The notes: a model not told the origin generated them from the letters alone. Positions 21,546 through 31,104 are shown, counted from the stretch's first letter. The stretch is DNA of 64,000 nucleotides from Candidatus Bathyarchaeota archaeon (GCA_023512225.1 JAIMAA010000001.1:8876-72875); one strand, 5' to 3'. Translations and numbers: made by a program.

Positions 21546-23957
21546 ATGGAAGAAGTAAAAGTTGGAGTGTTTCTATCCGATTGTGGAAAGCAACTCTCTG
21601 AAATACTGGATTTCAAAGCTCTAACAGAACACGTGAAGAAAGTTTCAGGCGTAGCTCTTGTTGTGAAAGGAAACGAGTTCTGGAGAGGCGAAGGGCTAAA
21701 AACCATCGTAGACGCCATCAAAAGCAAAAAAATAAACCGACTAGTCGTCGCTGAAAGTCTCCCCAAACTGAGCGAAATAGCAATCGTAAAAGCCGCAGAA
21801 GAAGCTGGACTTAACCCATACCTAGTGGAAGTCATAGACCTCAAAGACCACTGCGCATGGCCACACCGAGACACGCCATCAGAAGCCACAGAAAAAGCTA
21901 AAGCTATGCTTTTAGCTGCCATTGAACGTGCAAAACTTCTCGAACCATTGGAGAAACTGGAGTTTCCAGCCGTCAAATCTGTTCTTGTGATAGGCGGCGG
22001 AATCGCTGGGATACAAGCAGCCGAAGATTTGGCTGATTTGGGATTCGAAGTGCATCTTGTTGAGAAAGCTCCATTTCTCGGCGGTCTGGCAGCTCGCGCT
22101 GGAAGATTCTTCCCAACCGACGACTGTGCCATCTGCATACAGTCTCCAGCGTCTGACGTGAAAGCTATAACTCACACTTCAAGAAAATGCGTGTACCGCT
22201 CTGGATTCTCGGAAATTCCAAACCTAAACATATTAACCAACTCAAAAGTAGTCAAGGTTGAAGGAACTCCTGGAAACTACAAAGTTACAGTTGAGAAGAA
22301 ACCACGCTACGTTGATGAATCTAAATGTGTTCGCTGTGACCTTTGCACGACAGTTTGCCCGGTAGAGGTGCCAGATGAATATAACGCGAAGCTGAAAACA
22401 CGAAAGGCAATTTACATAAACACTCCGCCGGTTCATCCGCCAGTCTACGTAATCGACGAAAGTGCTTGTAAATTCCAAGAATGCGCTAAATGTGTTGAAA
22501 TCTGCCCCACAAAGGCTGTTAAGCTAAACCAAAAAACCGAGAAGGTAACGCTCAACGTCGGCGGAATAATTGTTGCAACAGGCTTCCAAGAATACAACCC
22601 AAGCGTGATAAAGGAATATCACTACGGCGAATATCCCGACGTAATAACAAACCTTGAACTCGCAAGAATGATTGACGGTTTCGGACCTACAAACGGCGCA
22701 ATTATCAAACCCTCAGACAGAAAACCTGCTAAAAGAATAGTTTTCATCCAATGTGTTGGCTCACGTGACCGCCGATGGAATCCGTGGTGCTCAAGCATAT
22801 GCTGTATGATATCTTTGAAGAACGCAATGCTGATCAAATCTGCTTATCCAGACACGGACATTACAATTTGTTACATCGACATCAGAACCACTGGAAGAGA
22901 ACATGAATACTACTACGAAAAAGCCAGAGAAATGGGAATCAAATTCGTTAAGGGCAGACCCACTGAAATTTCACACGACCCTGACGGAAACATCTTAATA
23001 GTTGATGTTGAAGACGCCATCCTGAGAAGATTCTTTGAACTCGAAGCCGACCTTGTAGTGTTAGCTACAGCCATGGTCCCATCAGAAGACACAAGAGAAC
23101 TTGCCGAAATACTCGGAATCGAACTTGACCAAGACGGCTTCTTCAAAGAATACAACGCCAAACTGAGACCAACAGAAACCAAAATCAGAGGAATCTACCT
23201 GTGCGGAGGCGCAACCTTCCCCAAAGACGCTCCGACAAGCTCTCTGCATGCTCACTCGGCAGCTGTGAAAGCCGCCAAGTTCTTGTCCACGGGCAAGATA
23301 ATCAAAGACCAACGAACAGCCTTCGTGAATGAAGAGTACTGCGGAGACTGCGAGTTCTGTCCAGTCATTTGTCCATTTAACGCGATAACTCTGGTGCCTA
23401 AGGACGAAGACCACTTTGTTGCGCAAGTATCCGACCTCAAGTGTGAAGGATGTGGTATTTGCGTTGGCACATGTCCAGTTAACGCCATAGAGCTTCGGCA
23501 TTCACGACCAAACCAAATGACCGCCCAAATGAATGCATTATTGTCTGTGAACGGAACATCCAAACCGTTGATTCTCGCTATAACCTGTTCAGAATGTGGT
23601 CATACAGCCGTGGACTCTTCAGGCATGGCGATGATGCAGTATCCAGCCAACGTCAGAGTAATGAAAGTCCCATGCACCGGCATCTTGCAAGTTCACCAGT
23701 TCCTACAAGCCTTCAAAAACGGCGCTCAAGGAGTCATGGTTGTAGGATGCAAGACGGACGGTTGCCATTACGAAGTTGGTAGCCAAAAGGCTCAAAAGAA
23801 AGTAGACCTCGCAAAAATGTTGCTGAAGGAGTATGGCATAGAACCAGAGCGTCTAGAAATGTTCCATATGGTTTTCATCGAAGGCGACAAATTCGCAGAA
23901 GCTGCACGAACAATGACTGAACGACTGGAAAAGTTAGGTCCACTGCAATTAATGTAA
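21546..23957 (+). CDS. hdrA: HdrA-MvhD fusion with degenerate N-terminal domain
   Basis: GGGIAG, FPTDDC, QCVGSRD, CSSICCM, ferredoxin motifs; C-terminal MvhD with TCSEC, VPCTG, GC..GCHY. Confidence 0.85.
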   Translation: MEEVKVGVFLSDCGKQLSEILDFKALTEHVKKVSGVALVVKGNEFWRGEGLKTIVDAIKSKKINRLVVAESLPKLSEIAIVKAAEEAGLNPYLVEVIDLKDHCAWPHRDTPSEATEKAKAMLLAAIERAKLLEPLEKLEFPAVKSVLVIGGGIAGIQAAEDLADLGFEVHLVEKAPFLGGLAARAGRFFPTDDCAICIQSPASDVKAITHTSRKCVYRSGFSEIPNLNILTNSKVVKVEGTPGNYKVTVEKKPRYVDESKCVRCDLCTTVCPVEVPDEYNAKLKTRKAIYINTPPVHPPVYVIDESACKFQECAKCVEICPTKAVKLNQKTEKVTLNVGGIIVATGFQEYNPSVIKEYHYGEYPDVITNLELARMIDGFGPTNGAIIKPSDRKPAKRIVFIQCVGSRDRRWNPWCSSICCMISLKNAMLIKSAYPDTDITICYIDIRTTGREHEYYYEKAREMGIKFVKGRPTEISHDPDGNILIVDVEDAILRRFFELEADLVVLATAMVPSEDTRELAEILGIELDQDGFFKEYNAKLRPTETKIRGIYLCGGATFPKDAPTSSLHAHSAAVKAAKFLSTGKIIKDQRTAFVNEEYCGDCEFCPVICPFNAITLVPKDEDHFVAQVSDLKCEGCGICVGTCPVNAIELRHSRPNQMTAQMNALLSVNGTSKPLILAITCSECGHTAVDSSGMAMMQYPANVRVMKVPCTGILQVHQFLQAFKNGAQGVMVVGCKTDGCHYEVGSQKAQKKVDLAKMLLKEYGIEPERLEMFHMVFIEGDKFAEAARTMTERLEKLGPLQLM

Positions 23958-23980
23958 GTTATGCAGAAGGAGAAAGTAGG

Positions 23981-24499
23981 ATGGAGCATGAAAAAGAACG
24001 AAAAACATCCGAAGCTGCATTTACTGACGAAATAAGAAGCCAATTGGGCGGCGAAACCATTGCTTTATGCTATCAATGTGGAACATGCGCCAGCAGCTGT
24101 CCAGTAGCCAAAGTCACCGAACGCTACAATCCTAGAGACGTAATCAGACTATCCTTATTGGGACAGAAACAAGAGGTTCTCTCGAGCGACGCTATTTGGC
24201 TGTGCAGCTCATGCTACAACTGTCAAGAAAGGTGTCCACAAAAAGTCGAAATAGCAGACGTTATCTACGCATTGAGAAACATTGCCATCAAAGAAGGACA
24301 CATCCCCAACATCTACTCAGAATTTGCAGCTGGACTGATGAACGAAGGACGCATAGTTCCAATATCCAAATTTGTGGAAAAGAAAAGACCAGAATATGGC
24401 TTACCACCGCTTAGACCAGCAGGCTTGGACGCGCTGAAAAAGATACTTACTGCTACAGGATTTGATAAAATACAGTGGAAGAAGGAAGGAGCGCAATGA
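23981..24499 (+). CDS. hdrC: Heterodisulfide reductase subunit C
   Basis: CYQCGTCASSCP, WLCSSCYNCQERCP. Confidence 0.88.
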   Translation: MEHEKERKTSEAAFTDEIRSQLGGETIALCYQCGTCASSCPVAKVTERYNPRDVIRLSLLGQKQEVLSSDAIWLCSSCYNCQERCPQKVEIADVIYALRNIAIKEGHIPNIYSEFAAGLMNEGRIVPISKFVEKKRPEYGLPPLRPAGLDALKKILTATGFDKIQWKKEGAQ

Positions 24500-25371
24500 C
24501 AAGCTACGCACTGTTTTTAGGATGCACCATACCTGCTCGTCAGCCGCAATATGAAGCCTCTGCAAGGAAAGCCCTGACCAGACTGGGAATAGGACTCGTC
24601 GATTTGGACAACATGACATGTTGTGCCCCACCGCCGCTGCAATCTATAGACACCGAAACCAGCCTAGCAATCGCTGCGCATAACATTTGCTTAGCCGAAG
24701 AAGCTGACCTTGACATAGTAACATTATGCACCGGCTGTTTCGAATCCCTAGCCATGGCAAATAACCTGCTGAAAGAAAATTCGAAACTTAGAGCAAGGGT
24801 CAACAAAATCTTGTCAAACGCTGGCAAAGAATTCAAAGGAACCAAGGAAGTAAAACATTACTTAAAAGTCTTAATGGACGATGTCGGTTTAGAACGCTTA
24901 AAGAAAAACGTCGTCAAAGATTTGAGTAGTCTTAAAGTAGCGTCATTTTCTGGATGCCACCTGTTGAGACCAAGCGCGCTTTTGAAGTTTGACGACCCAG
25001 AACGTCCACACATCTTTGATGATTTAATCGAAGCATTAGGAGCAAAAAGCATCTGGTACCGAAACAAATTGAAATGTTGTGGAGGGCTTTTGAGAGGCTA
25101 TGCTGACGATGTCGCATTGGCTATTGCACGAGATAAAATAGTGAATACGACAAAGGCTGGTGCCGACTGCATCGTTACGCTTTGTCCCTTCTGCTTCTTA
25201 ACTTTAGACCTTGGACAAATGCTAATAAAATCCACTTACAAAGAAGAATACAACATACCTGTTATCCATTACGCTGAACTTCTAAGCTTAGCGTTAGGAA
25301 TAGACCCTAAAGAGCTTGCGCTTGACTTCCATAAAATACGATTGGACAAAGTGCTGAACAAAATTGCTTAA
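24496..25371 (+). CDS. hdrB: Heterodisulfide reductase subunit B
   Basis: FLGC, TCCA, CTGC, GCHLLRP, CCGG, CPFC; ATG at 24496 overlaps the hdrC stop. Confidence 0.88.
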   Translation: MTSYALFLGCTIPARQPQYEASARKALTRLGIGLVDLDNMTCCAPPPLQSIDTETSLAIAAHNICLAEEADLDIVTLCTGCFESLAMANNLLKENSKLRARVNKILSNAGKEFKGTKEVKHYLKVLMDDVGLERLKKNVVKDLSSLKVASFSGCHLLRPSALLKFDDPERPHIFDDLIEALGAKSIWYRNKLKCCGGLLRGYADDVALAIARDKIVNTTKAGADCIVTLCPFCFLTLDLGQMLIKSTYKEEYNIPVIHYAELLSLALGIDPKELALDFHKIRLDKVLNKIA

Positions 25372-25496
25372 AATGCTCTGAAATCAAAAGCTTAAGCCAA
25401 TTATCCACGTTGTTCTTTCTAGCATCATCATTTTCTTACTTTGCCTTTGGAAAGTGTTAAGAGCGAAGGCTTCTTACTTGTCTGTCGGGAAGAAGA

Positions 25497-25697
25497 ATGA
25501 AAGTAGTCGCTTTAAAAGAGCATAAGTGTTACTGTTGTGGAGCAACAATAGGCAAAGGCGAAGAATGCTTTGCTTTCTTCGTCAACCCTTCAGACCCTGA
25601 GAAGAGCGAATTTGATGTGGTCTATACCTGTTCAAAATGTTCTGAAGAAGAAGCCTGCAGAGTTAGAATACGGCGAAAAGGCGCTTCTACACAATAA
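25497..25697 (+). CDS. Small Cys-rich putative zinc-binding protein
   Basis: HKCYCCG..I.KGEEC..TCSKC. Confidence 0.55.
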   Translation: MKVVALKEHKCYCCGATIGKGEECFAFFVNPSDPEKSEFDVVYTCSKCSEEEACRVRIRRKGASTQ

Positions 25698-25724
25698 TCG
25701 TTTTAATCATTTAGTTAAATTATC

Positions 25725-26210
25725 CTACAAGTTCTTTGTTTTAGGTATGGTAACTTCTAAAACTTCGTTATTGTTGCATTTAGCTCTTATTTCTTCAATT
25801 TGAAGTTCCTTAACAGGCACTTTTAACTTTTGACATTTATCAACACATATTTCTCTTCCATCTTCATCCGTGTGGCATTCTTTTTTGCAAATTTCCAGCC
25901 CATCAGTGTTTGGTTGAAGCGTTACTTTTTGGTCTTTACAGCGGCACTGAATCAAAATTCTAACGTAATTGTCTTCTTCGAAAATGTCGATTAAGGGCTC
26001 GTCTAGCTGCGGGAGAGGAATCAAGTGTCTATTTATAGGATTTGATTCCATTTGTTCGCTTATTATGTACTTTTTATAAATGAGATGTTCTATTGGCTCA
26101 ACGGTGATTTCGTTGTTTTCTTCGTTTTCAACAATCTTATTGACTAAAACTTTGCAGAAGATGTCTATATTTCGTAATGCTTCTTCAAAGTCGTTCATGG
26201 TGCATGACAC
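25725..26210 (-). CDS. Hsp20/alpha-crystallin-like protein, Cys-rich
   Basis: EPLIDIFEEDNYVRI ... AKCNNNEVLEVTIPK. Confidence 0.6.
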   Translation of the reverse strand: MSCTMNDFEEALRNIDIFCKVLVNKIVENEENNEITVEPIEHLIYKKYIISEQMESNPINRHLIPLPQLDEPLIDIFEEDNYVRILIQCRCKDQKVTLQPNTDGLEICKKECHTDEDGREICVDKCQKLKVPVKELQIEEIRAKCNNNEVLEVTIPKTKNL

Positions 26211-26291
26211 ACCTTCTATATATACTATTTATTTCTGTTTATATTAACCTTCTCAAGCTAAATATGGCGTAATTATGACGCAAAAAGAATG

Positions 26292-27368
26292 TCAAGTTTT
26301 CTTCTTCACAGTCAATGGCAAAGTCCGCACATGTTTTACTGTTCGAATGATGTTCTCCACTTCCTTACTTGGTTGTTCCAGCGCCCTGTTTATTGCGATG
26401 TCAGCTATAGTAGCGCCTTTGTCTGCAATTTTATTTAAGCATGAAATTATTGCTCTCAAATACGGAATTTCAGGAATTTCCCGCATTAGTCTGTCAGACT
26501 CTGTCTGGAGTACGCTATTCATTTCCAGCACGCTGTTTGCAACCTTAAGGTCACGTGTGAAAACACAGTCCAAAGCTTTCTGGAAAATGGTTTGCGTTAA
26601 TTCGCTAAGATGATAGATTTTTTCAATAACATTTTTCGGTAATCTGCGGCGATAAACTTCGAGGTCAATGATTTTTTTAGCCATGTCTTCCGAGTAATCC
26701 GCAATCAATTCTAAATATTGAAGTATTAAGCGTGTTGCGGGAATGAAGAGCACGTCTGTAGCACCTATTTGTTCTGCAATTTCTGGTTTTTGTTGCGCAG
26801 CCAAGAGTAACCGGACCGCCAAATAGTAGATTGTGTCGGCTTCGTCTTCGCGGTTAATTGCCTCAACGGCTAAGGTTTCATTTCCATCCAGAAAGGCTTG
26901 CATTGTTTCAGATAATATTGTTGATGAAATTAGAGATAGCCGCCTAATCAGCATGTCAAGTTTGAATTTGGCTGGGTCGACTGAGCATTGCAAAAGAATG
27001 TTTTTTGGAGTTTCTTCAAGAATGCCTAAGCCTATTAGTTTGCGGACGATTCTGCGAATTTCGTCGACGTGGGCTTTTCCTATTCTAGTTGAGGATGTTA
27101 TTCTTATGACGTCGCGTCCCAGTATGTAGCTTCCAACGATTATTCTTTCAAGCAATCCATGCTCGTCGCAAGCGTCAGCGTTTATTATGTATTCTTCTGC
27201 TTCTTCTTTTTGTGCTACGTGGCTTGGTACGATTTTTAGTGTGCCGTCTTTTTCTGGCAAGAGGAAGACGAGGTCGCCTGGGTTAATGTTGTTCTGTTTT
27301 GCCCATTCGCTTGGTATCGACACGGTCATTGTTGAATATCCTACTTTTTGCACTTTTCTGCTTTCCAA
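26292..27368 (-). CDS. Archaeal AbrB-PhoU phosphate-uptake-type regulator
   Basis: RKVQKVGYSTMTVSIPSEWA N-terminus; PhoU repeats (REDEAD, LELIADY); TTG start at 27368 after GGTGA. Confidence 0.8.
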   Translation of the reverse strand: MESRKVQKVGYSTMTVSIPSEWAKQNNINPGDLVFLLPEKDGTLKIVPSHVAQKEEAEEYIINADACDEHGLLERIIVGSYILGRDVIRITSSTRIGKAHVDEIRRIVRKLIGLGILEETPKNILLQCSVDPAKFKLDMLIRRLSLISSTILSETMQAFLDGNETLAVEAINREDEADTIYYLAVRLLLAAQQKPEIAEQIGATDVLFIPATRLILQYLELIADYSEDMAKKIIDLEVYRRRLPKNVIEKIYHLSELTQTIFQKALDCVFTRDLKVANSVLEMNSVLQTESDRLMREIPEIPYLRAIISCLNKIADKGATIADIAINRALEQPSKEVENIIRTVKHVRTLPLTVKKKT

Positions 27369-27539
27369 AAGATTCACCGTTTTTATGGTATTTACTATTA
27401 TTTGTTTTTTATATGCCTTACTATATTTTTGCGCTATAGTTACATGTTGCATGGAATTGTATAAAGAGAACGCGCGGTTGGGAAAGTTACTTATGTTTCT
27501 TCATTGTTTAGTATGGAATCTTAAATGGGAAGTATGTGT

Positions 27540-27746
27540 ATGGAGAAACCGATTAGAAGTGTTGTGAAGGCGATTTCTTGGAGAATTGTTGCGACTTTAA
27601 CAACGATACTTTTGGTGGTTATATTTAGCAGAGACTTGGCTTTAGGAACTGTTGTTGGCATTACGGAGCTTGTGGTGAAAACTGTTGTTTACTATGTGCA
27701 TGAGCGTGTGTGGAATTTGTCAAGTTTTGGCAGAGTGAAAGAGTGA
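27540..27746 (+). CDS. DUF2061-like small membrane protein
   Basis: RSVVKAISWRIVAT ... YYVHERVW. Confidence 0.75.
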   Translation: MEKPIRSVVKAISWRIVATLTTILLVVIFSRDLALGTVVGITELVVKTVVYYVHERVWNLSSFGRVKE

Positions 27747-27809
27747 AGTTAACAGTTTGTGAGAGGTTATGGAGAATCAGTAAATAACTGTTGCCTATGA
27801 GTTAATATG

Positions 27810-27826
27810 ATATTTACTGTAAATAT
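27810..27826. promoter_or_regulatory. Perfect palindrome upstream of the RHH-GcvH gene
   Basis: ATATTTAC-T-GTAAATAT; an extra GTAAATA half-site at 27780-27786. Confidence 0.45.
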
Positions 27827-27897
27827 AATATATGCATTAAGTATATATTTAATTCTTGCGCTATATATCAATCAGATGTAAAGGAGGTTGATGTAAA

Positions 27898-28506
27898 ATG
27901 AATGAAAAAGAAAAAACATCAGAATGGAAGACCGTGAGCCTAAGAACAGAACTGATAAAAGAAATTGAAGAGGCAATCAAAACAGGACGCTATCGAAGCA
28001 TATCAGAATTCGTGTCTGAAGCCATCCGCCTTCGCTTAGAAGAACTCATGCACACGCAAGGAATTCCAGCTGAAAAGCGCAAAGAGCTTTTGGTAACCCC
28101 AGAACTGTTGCTCTACACGCCAAAGCATACGTGGGCTCAAGTCACACCTGAAGGAAACATCCGCGTCGGCGTGTCCGACTACGCACAGAGACACTTGAAA
28201 GGAATAGCCCATGTCATGACTGAAGCTGTCGGTAAAGAAGTTAACAAAATGGAGCCCTTCGGCGTCGCAGAAACCTGGATGTTCATGTTCGACCTTTACG
28301 CGCCAGTCAGCGGCAAGATAACTAAGGTTAACGAGAAACTGAAGAATGAACCGAACATAATTAACGAAGACCCATACGGCGAAGGTTGGATTGTTGAGAT
28401 AAAACCAAAGAACTCGCTGGTTTTGGAACAGGAACTCAAGAGCCTACTTGGTCCAAGAGAATACAATAAGTGGGTTAACAAATTAGAAGGAAGACTGCGC
28501 GAATAG
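27898..28506 (+). CDS. Ribbon-helix-helix domain fused to a GcvH-like domain lacking the lipoyl lysine
   Basis: KTVSL..LIKEIEE..YRSISEFVSEAIR (RHH); YTPKHTW..RVGVSDYAQ..DLYAPVSG..VNE.L..INEDPYGEGW (H-protein fold); ETWM in place of ESVK; AGGAGG RBS. Confidence 0.85.
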   Translation: MNEKEKTSEWKTVSLRTELIKEIEEAIKTGRYRSISEFVSEAIRLRLEELMHTQGIPAEKRKELLVTPELLLYTPKHTWAQVTPEGNIRVGVSDYAQRHLKGIAHVMTEAVGKEVNKMEPFGVAETWMFMFDLYAPVSGKITKVNEKLKNEPNIINEDPYGEGWIVEIKPKNSLVLEQELKSLLGPREYNKWVNKLEGRLRE

Positions 28507-28529
28507 CCCCAATTTTTCCCTTTTTTATT

Positions 28530-28561
28530 TGTCAATTTTATGTCAATTTTGTGTCAAGTTT
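28530..28561 (+). promoter_or_regulatory. Three tandem direct repeats with 11-bp period upstream of the second hdr/mvh operon
   Basis: TGTCAATTTT-A-TGTCAATTTT-G-TGTCAAGTTT, followed by a TATA-like TTAATATA at about 28574-28581. Confidence 0.65.
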
Positions 28562-28624
28562 GATTTAGGTGGCTTAATATATTTGGCGGATAAGGATAGT
28601 ATTCTACATCAAGCTGGTTTAACA

Positions 28625-30346
28625 ATGACAAGTAGCAGTAACACAAATGTAAAGAGACAACTGCCACCATGCCGCTCAGCCTGTCCAGCGCGCGTCAACG
28701 TTCAAGGATACGTGGCTCTGCTTCAAAAAGGTAAATTCAAAGAAGCAGTCGAACTCATAAGGCAAGACATGCCTTTTCCCGCCATCTGCGGAAGAGTATG
28801 CTTTAGCCCATGCGAGGATGCATGTGCACGAACAAATGTGGACCAAGCAGTAGCCATTCGTGCTTTAAAAAGGATTGTTGCTGACATAGAACGCGAATAT
28901 GAAAGAGTAAAACCGAAACCCATACTAAAGAAACACAAAGAAAAAATTGCCGTAATCGGCGCAGGTCCAGCTGGCATAACAGCAGCCTATGAACTTGCAA
29001 AACTAGGCTATCCAGTAACTGTTTTTGAACGCATGTCTGAACCCGGCGGCATGATGCGGTATTGCATACCTGATTTTCGCTTGGAAAAATTCGTAGTATT
29101 AAACGAGATTGCCTACATCAAAGATTTGGGCGTGGAAATCAGAACTGGCGTGGAATTTGGAAAAGACATTACGATTGAAAGTTTACGGGAGGATGGTTAC
29201 AAAGCCATTTTTCTAGCCATCGGAACGCAGTTGGGTATGAAATTAAACGTGCCTGGCGAAGATTTAAAGGGGGTCATAAACGCTGTTGACTTTCTAAGGA
29301 GAATTGCGCTTGGAGAGCATGTTGAAGTCGGCGAGAAAGTCGCGGTTGTTGGCGGTGGAAACAGTGCAATAGATGCGGCTAGAACAGCGAAAAAGCTAGG
29401 CGCAAAAGAAGTCATGATATTATATAGGCGTTCTCGTGAAGAGATGCCCGCTCTGCCTCATGAAGTGGAGTTAGCTGAGAAAGACGGCGTAAAATTCCAT
29501 TTCTTGGTTGCGCCGAAGCAGATTATTGGCGAAGATGGCAAGGTCAAAGCCATTGAATGTCTGCGAATGCGGCTAGGCGAACCGGACGAAAGCGGAAGAA
29601 GACGTCCAGTTCCAATAAGCTTCTCTGAACATCAATATGAAGTGGGCATGGTAATTCCCGCGCTTGGACAAGTCGCAGAGTCTGCGTGCATACCCAAGGA
29701 ACTTTTAGATAAAGAAGCAAGAGCGCCCTCAATGAAAGTTGACCCATTAACATTAGAAACCAACATGCCCGGAGTGTTTGCGGGAGGCGACATAGCCACT
29801 GGTCCGGCAAGCATAATTGAAGCTGTTGGAGCCGGCAAAAGAGCAGCAGTTTCCATTCACCTTTACCTGACTGGGCAAGATTTGCGGAAAGGAAGAGATG
29901 AAGCTGTTGAAGAAGTAACGTGGGTTAAAAATTGGGGTTCTCTGAAAAAGAAAGAACGAAGATACGAGCCGCCATTAGAAAAACCGCGTTTGAGCTTTGA
30001 GGAAGCGGCTGAATATTTAAAGAAAACAAAGCAGAAGGCAATGTTCGAGGCTTTTCGTTGTTTGGGATGCGGACCATGCGCAGAATGTCTCGCAAGCTTG
30101 GAGCTCTGTGAAGGCGATAAAGCAGTGGTTGACGAAAACCTCTGTGTAGGCTGCAATGTGTGCGCGGTTGTTTGTCCCTTTGGCGCTGTCAAGAAGGATG
30201 AAAGGGAAATTGCCCGAGTAAACGAAGACCTCTGTAAAGGCTGCGGAATATGCGCTGCACGCTGTCCAGAACAAGCAATAAAGATGAAGAAGATGCCTAA
30301 CGAGCAAATTATGAGTCTTGCTCTAGCAACAGCGGAGGGACGATAA
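28625..30346 (+). CDS. GltD/NfnB-like FAD/NAD(P)H oxidoreductase with C-terminal ferredoxin (HdrL-like module)
   Basis: PPCRSACP, CGRVCFSPCE.AC, GAGPAG, GGGNSAIDAAR, YRRS, AGGD; terminal CxxCxxCxxxCP x2; ATG at 28625 preferred. Confidence 0.82.
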   Translation: MTSSSNTNVKRQLPPCRSACPARVNVQGYVALLQKGKFKEAVELIRQDMPFPAICGRVCFSPCEDACARTNVDQAVAIRALKRIVADIEREYERVKPKPILKKHKEKIAVIGAGPAGITAAYELAKLGYPVTVFERMSEPGGMMRYCIPDFRLEKFVVLNEIAYIKDLGVEIRTGVEFGKDITIESLREDGYKAIFLAIGTQLGMKLNVPGEDLKGVINAVDFLRRIALGEHVEVGEKVAVVGGGNSAIDAARTAKKLGAKEVMILYRRSREEMPALPHEVELAEKDGVKFHFLVAPKQIIGEDGKVKAIECLRMRLGEPDESGRRRPVPISFSEHQYEVGMVIPALGQVAESACIPKELLDKEARAPSMKVDPLTLETNMPGVFAGGDIATGPASIIEAVGAGKRAAVSIHLYLTGQDLRKGRDEAVEEVTWVKNWGSLKKKERRYEPPLEKPRLSFEEAAEYLKKTKQKAMFEAFRCLGCGPCAECLASLELCEGDKAVVDENLCVGCNVCAVVCPFGAVKKDEREIARVNEDLCKGCGICAARCPEQAIKMKKMPNEQIMSLALATAEGR

Positions 30347-30348
30347 AC

Positions 30349-31104
30349 ATGGAATCAAACGACCCTAAAATTGTTTGTTTCATGTGCAACTGGGCGTTTT
30401 GTCAGAACGAAACCGAAGTTCCATCTAATGTAAATGTTGTTCGAATCATGTGCCTAGGAAGAGTAGACCCAGTCATCGTTTTAGACACACTTGCCAACGG
30501 AATCGACGGCGTCATGCTCGTGGGCTGCAAGCCGCCGGACTGCCACTATCAAGAAGGAAACCTTCAAGCAGAACGCGCCATAAAAATGCTCACGAAACTT
30601 GTCGCATTAACCGGTTTGGAGCCTCAACGAATAAAATTAGTGTGGTTTTCACCATTAGATGAGAAGAACTTCGAGTATTACGCGAAGGAGTTCTCCAAAG
30701 AAATCGGAAAACTCGGGTCTTCTCCGTTACAAAGTAAGGATTTAAGTTCAAGGCTTAAGGTTAACATGTTAGCAGCCAAGAACGCCGCTTCAGATTTTCG
30801 GTTGAGAGTTTTGCTTGGAAGAGAAAAAGAGCTGACCGAAGGCGTTAACGTTTACGGCGAAAAACTGTCACAAGACGAATTTGACGAGTTGCTAGATGAA
30901 ATCGTCAAGGAAGAGTTTGTTCGCCACAAAATCTACGTCTTAACCAAAACCAAACCACTCTCCGTGAAGGACTTGGCAGAGATGGTTGAAATGAAACCTG
31001 CAGCTGTGTTACGCCAGATTGTCGACATGCGCCGTAAGAACATGATAGCTCTAGACCATGTGAAGGGTCAAACTCCGCTCTACAAGGCTTTGGAGGTTAA
31101 GTAA
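30349..31104 (+). CDS. MvhD-like subunit with C-terminal winged-helix-like extension
   Basis: FMCNW, IMCLGR, GCKPPDCHY; C-terminal LSVKDLAEMVEMKPAAVLRQIVDM. Confidence 0.78.
   Translation: MESNDPKIVCFMCNWAFCQNETEVPSNVNVVRIMCLGRVDPVIVLDTLANGIDGVMLVGCKPPDCHYQEGNLQAERAIKMLTKLVALTGLEPQRIKLVWFSPLDEKNFEYYAKEFSKEIGKLGSSPLQSKDLSSRLKVNMLAAKNAASDFRLRVLLGREKELTEGVNVYGEKLSQDEFDELLDEIVKEEFVRHKIYVLTKTKPLSVKDLAEMVEMKPAAVLRQIVDMRRKNMIALDHVKGQTPLYKALEVK

Noticed and set aside
27898..28506. Functional gcvH or sHdr lipoate-binding protein LbpA
   Set aside because: The lipoyl lysine is absent, no gcvT/gcvP or lipoate ligase is nearby, and the Hdr genes are Mvh-linked.
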